Assembly: GCF_964204865.1 (NCBI RefSeq)
Contig: NC_135261.1
Coordinates: 4,526,001-4,590,000 of the forward strand
Length of the DNA stretch: 64,000 nucleotides
From: Styela clava
Lineage: Eukaryota
Direction of reading: 5' to 3'
Notes under the pieces: model-generated
The model's input: the letters and a program-made list of their open reading frames with translations, nothing else
Told to the model about the DNA's origin: nothing
Databases searched by the model: none
Made by a program: the position numbers and the translations under genes
In this document: positions 62,821 through 64,000 of the stretch, piece by piece
How positions within the stretch are numbered: the stretch's first letter is position 1
Layout: every line of letters begins with the position of its first letter

Positions 62821-63154
62821 GAGAAATATTTTAAAACTATCCGCATCGTTGCATAATGGTTACAGAATATCCTTTCTCTCAACAATGATATTCAATTCCA
62901 CCTAATTGCTATGTTCATGATACCAGTGTTAGTTATTTAACATGTATATCGACTAAATACAGGTGGTTCAATGACTGTTTTAATATTATATAAAGGAATT
63001 CCATGTCGGAATGCTTTTCTCTATGCTAAATATTGCTTATTGAACTTAATCAAGCTTAATATACAGAAATAACAAAGATATTTTTCTCTGTAACTAAATT
63101 AAAAGGTTTTCTAAGTAAAAGGGATATATATATATATATATATACATGCATTTT

Positions 63155-63447
63155 GGCGTTCCAGAAGTGTGTGGAGGTAATCAATTTTGTTCGCCTACTT
63201 CACATCAAGTTGTGTAAGGGGACTGAGGTCTATGGGTAGGGGTATATTCGGCGCTCCAGAAGTATGCGTATCAACATGGAGGTAACTAATTTTTTTTGCC
63301 CATTTTACATCAAGTTGTGTAAAGGAACTGAAACCCATGGGTATGATCACTTGGCTAACACAAACAGTCCCCGAACTCGTAATAGAACGAAAATAGGAAA
63401 ATTGGAATCAAATTATGGTCTAATTCTACGAACAATACGGGAGTACC
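63155..63447 (+). mobile_element. Composite Merlin-like MITE family A with duplicated left arm
   Basis: Two left ends (63155, 63250), one right end, single perfect TSD tgcatttt. Confidence 0.88.
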
Positions 63448-64000
63448 TGCATTTTTGCCTCATTAAATGCCTTATTATATATAAGAATATTAAGAAGAAT
63501 ACGATAATTGAAAATATTCAATTTCGTCTTAGTAAACTACAGCGTTCGAAATCTGATGCAAAAAAAAAACAAAAAAAAAATCACTATTGCACTTGGGGTG
63601 AATAAATAATATATAGAATATGTATAAGACTTGTTTACAATGTAAGCAGTCCTCTGTTCGTTATCAGAGACAATGTTATTCAAACCCAAGGGAACATGAG
63701 TTTTCTCTAGATTTTTACTGGTATGGTACATTTCGACAAACTGGGCTACATGTATTCCCGGTGGTGCATTTTGACTTTTCAAAGAGAACATCAGATTAAG
63801 TATAGGGATATTCTTTCCATAACTTCTAATCTGCCTTGAAATATTTTTAGTTTAGGATCTCCCTAGAAAGTTACGTTCTCATCAAGATAGAAGCTTTATC
63901 TACAACTACAGTAACTAACAAGTCTACTTTCTCAATTCTTGTGACTTACTTTGTCCAATCACAATACACAGATAAATTTTAGGGGTACGAATCTTAAATA

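Overview
AT-rich, intron-containing eukaryotic DNA, not prokaryotic. The small introns and very high MITE load look like an invertebrate chordate such as an ascidian; this is an inference and was not checked. Three spliced genes were built by hand from splice signals and reading-frame phase. (1) A 394-aa class A GPCR on + (31331-36630, 8 coding exons) with atypical micro-switches: LRL for DRY, D3.32 together with R7.43, and GYIP for CWxP. (2) A 162-aa secreted stand-alone CysD/Mucin2_WxxW-domain protein on - (44399-40608) whose frame depends on a 10-nt micro-exon. (3) A tentative 89-aa disordered protein on - (56309-47002) with an Inhibitor-1/DARPP-32/G-substrate-like RRDTP motif. In the first ~31 kb I found no supportable gene. 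The rest is a mosaic of non-autonomous transposons: GG-ended MITEs with 8- or 9-bp TSDs (Merlin/IS1016-like) carrying TTAGGG and YY1-like motifs, Tc1/mariner MITEs, hAT MITEs, a Helentron-type HINE, a foldback family, SINE fragments, a fossil mariner transposase, and several tandem or inverted local duplications, some abutting MITE ends. No CRISPR array, rRNA or intact tRNA gene was seen. Almost all ORFs in the supplied track are spurious.
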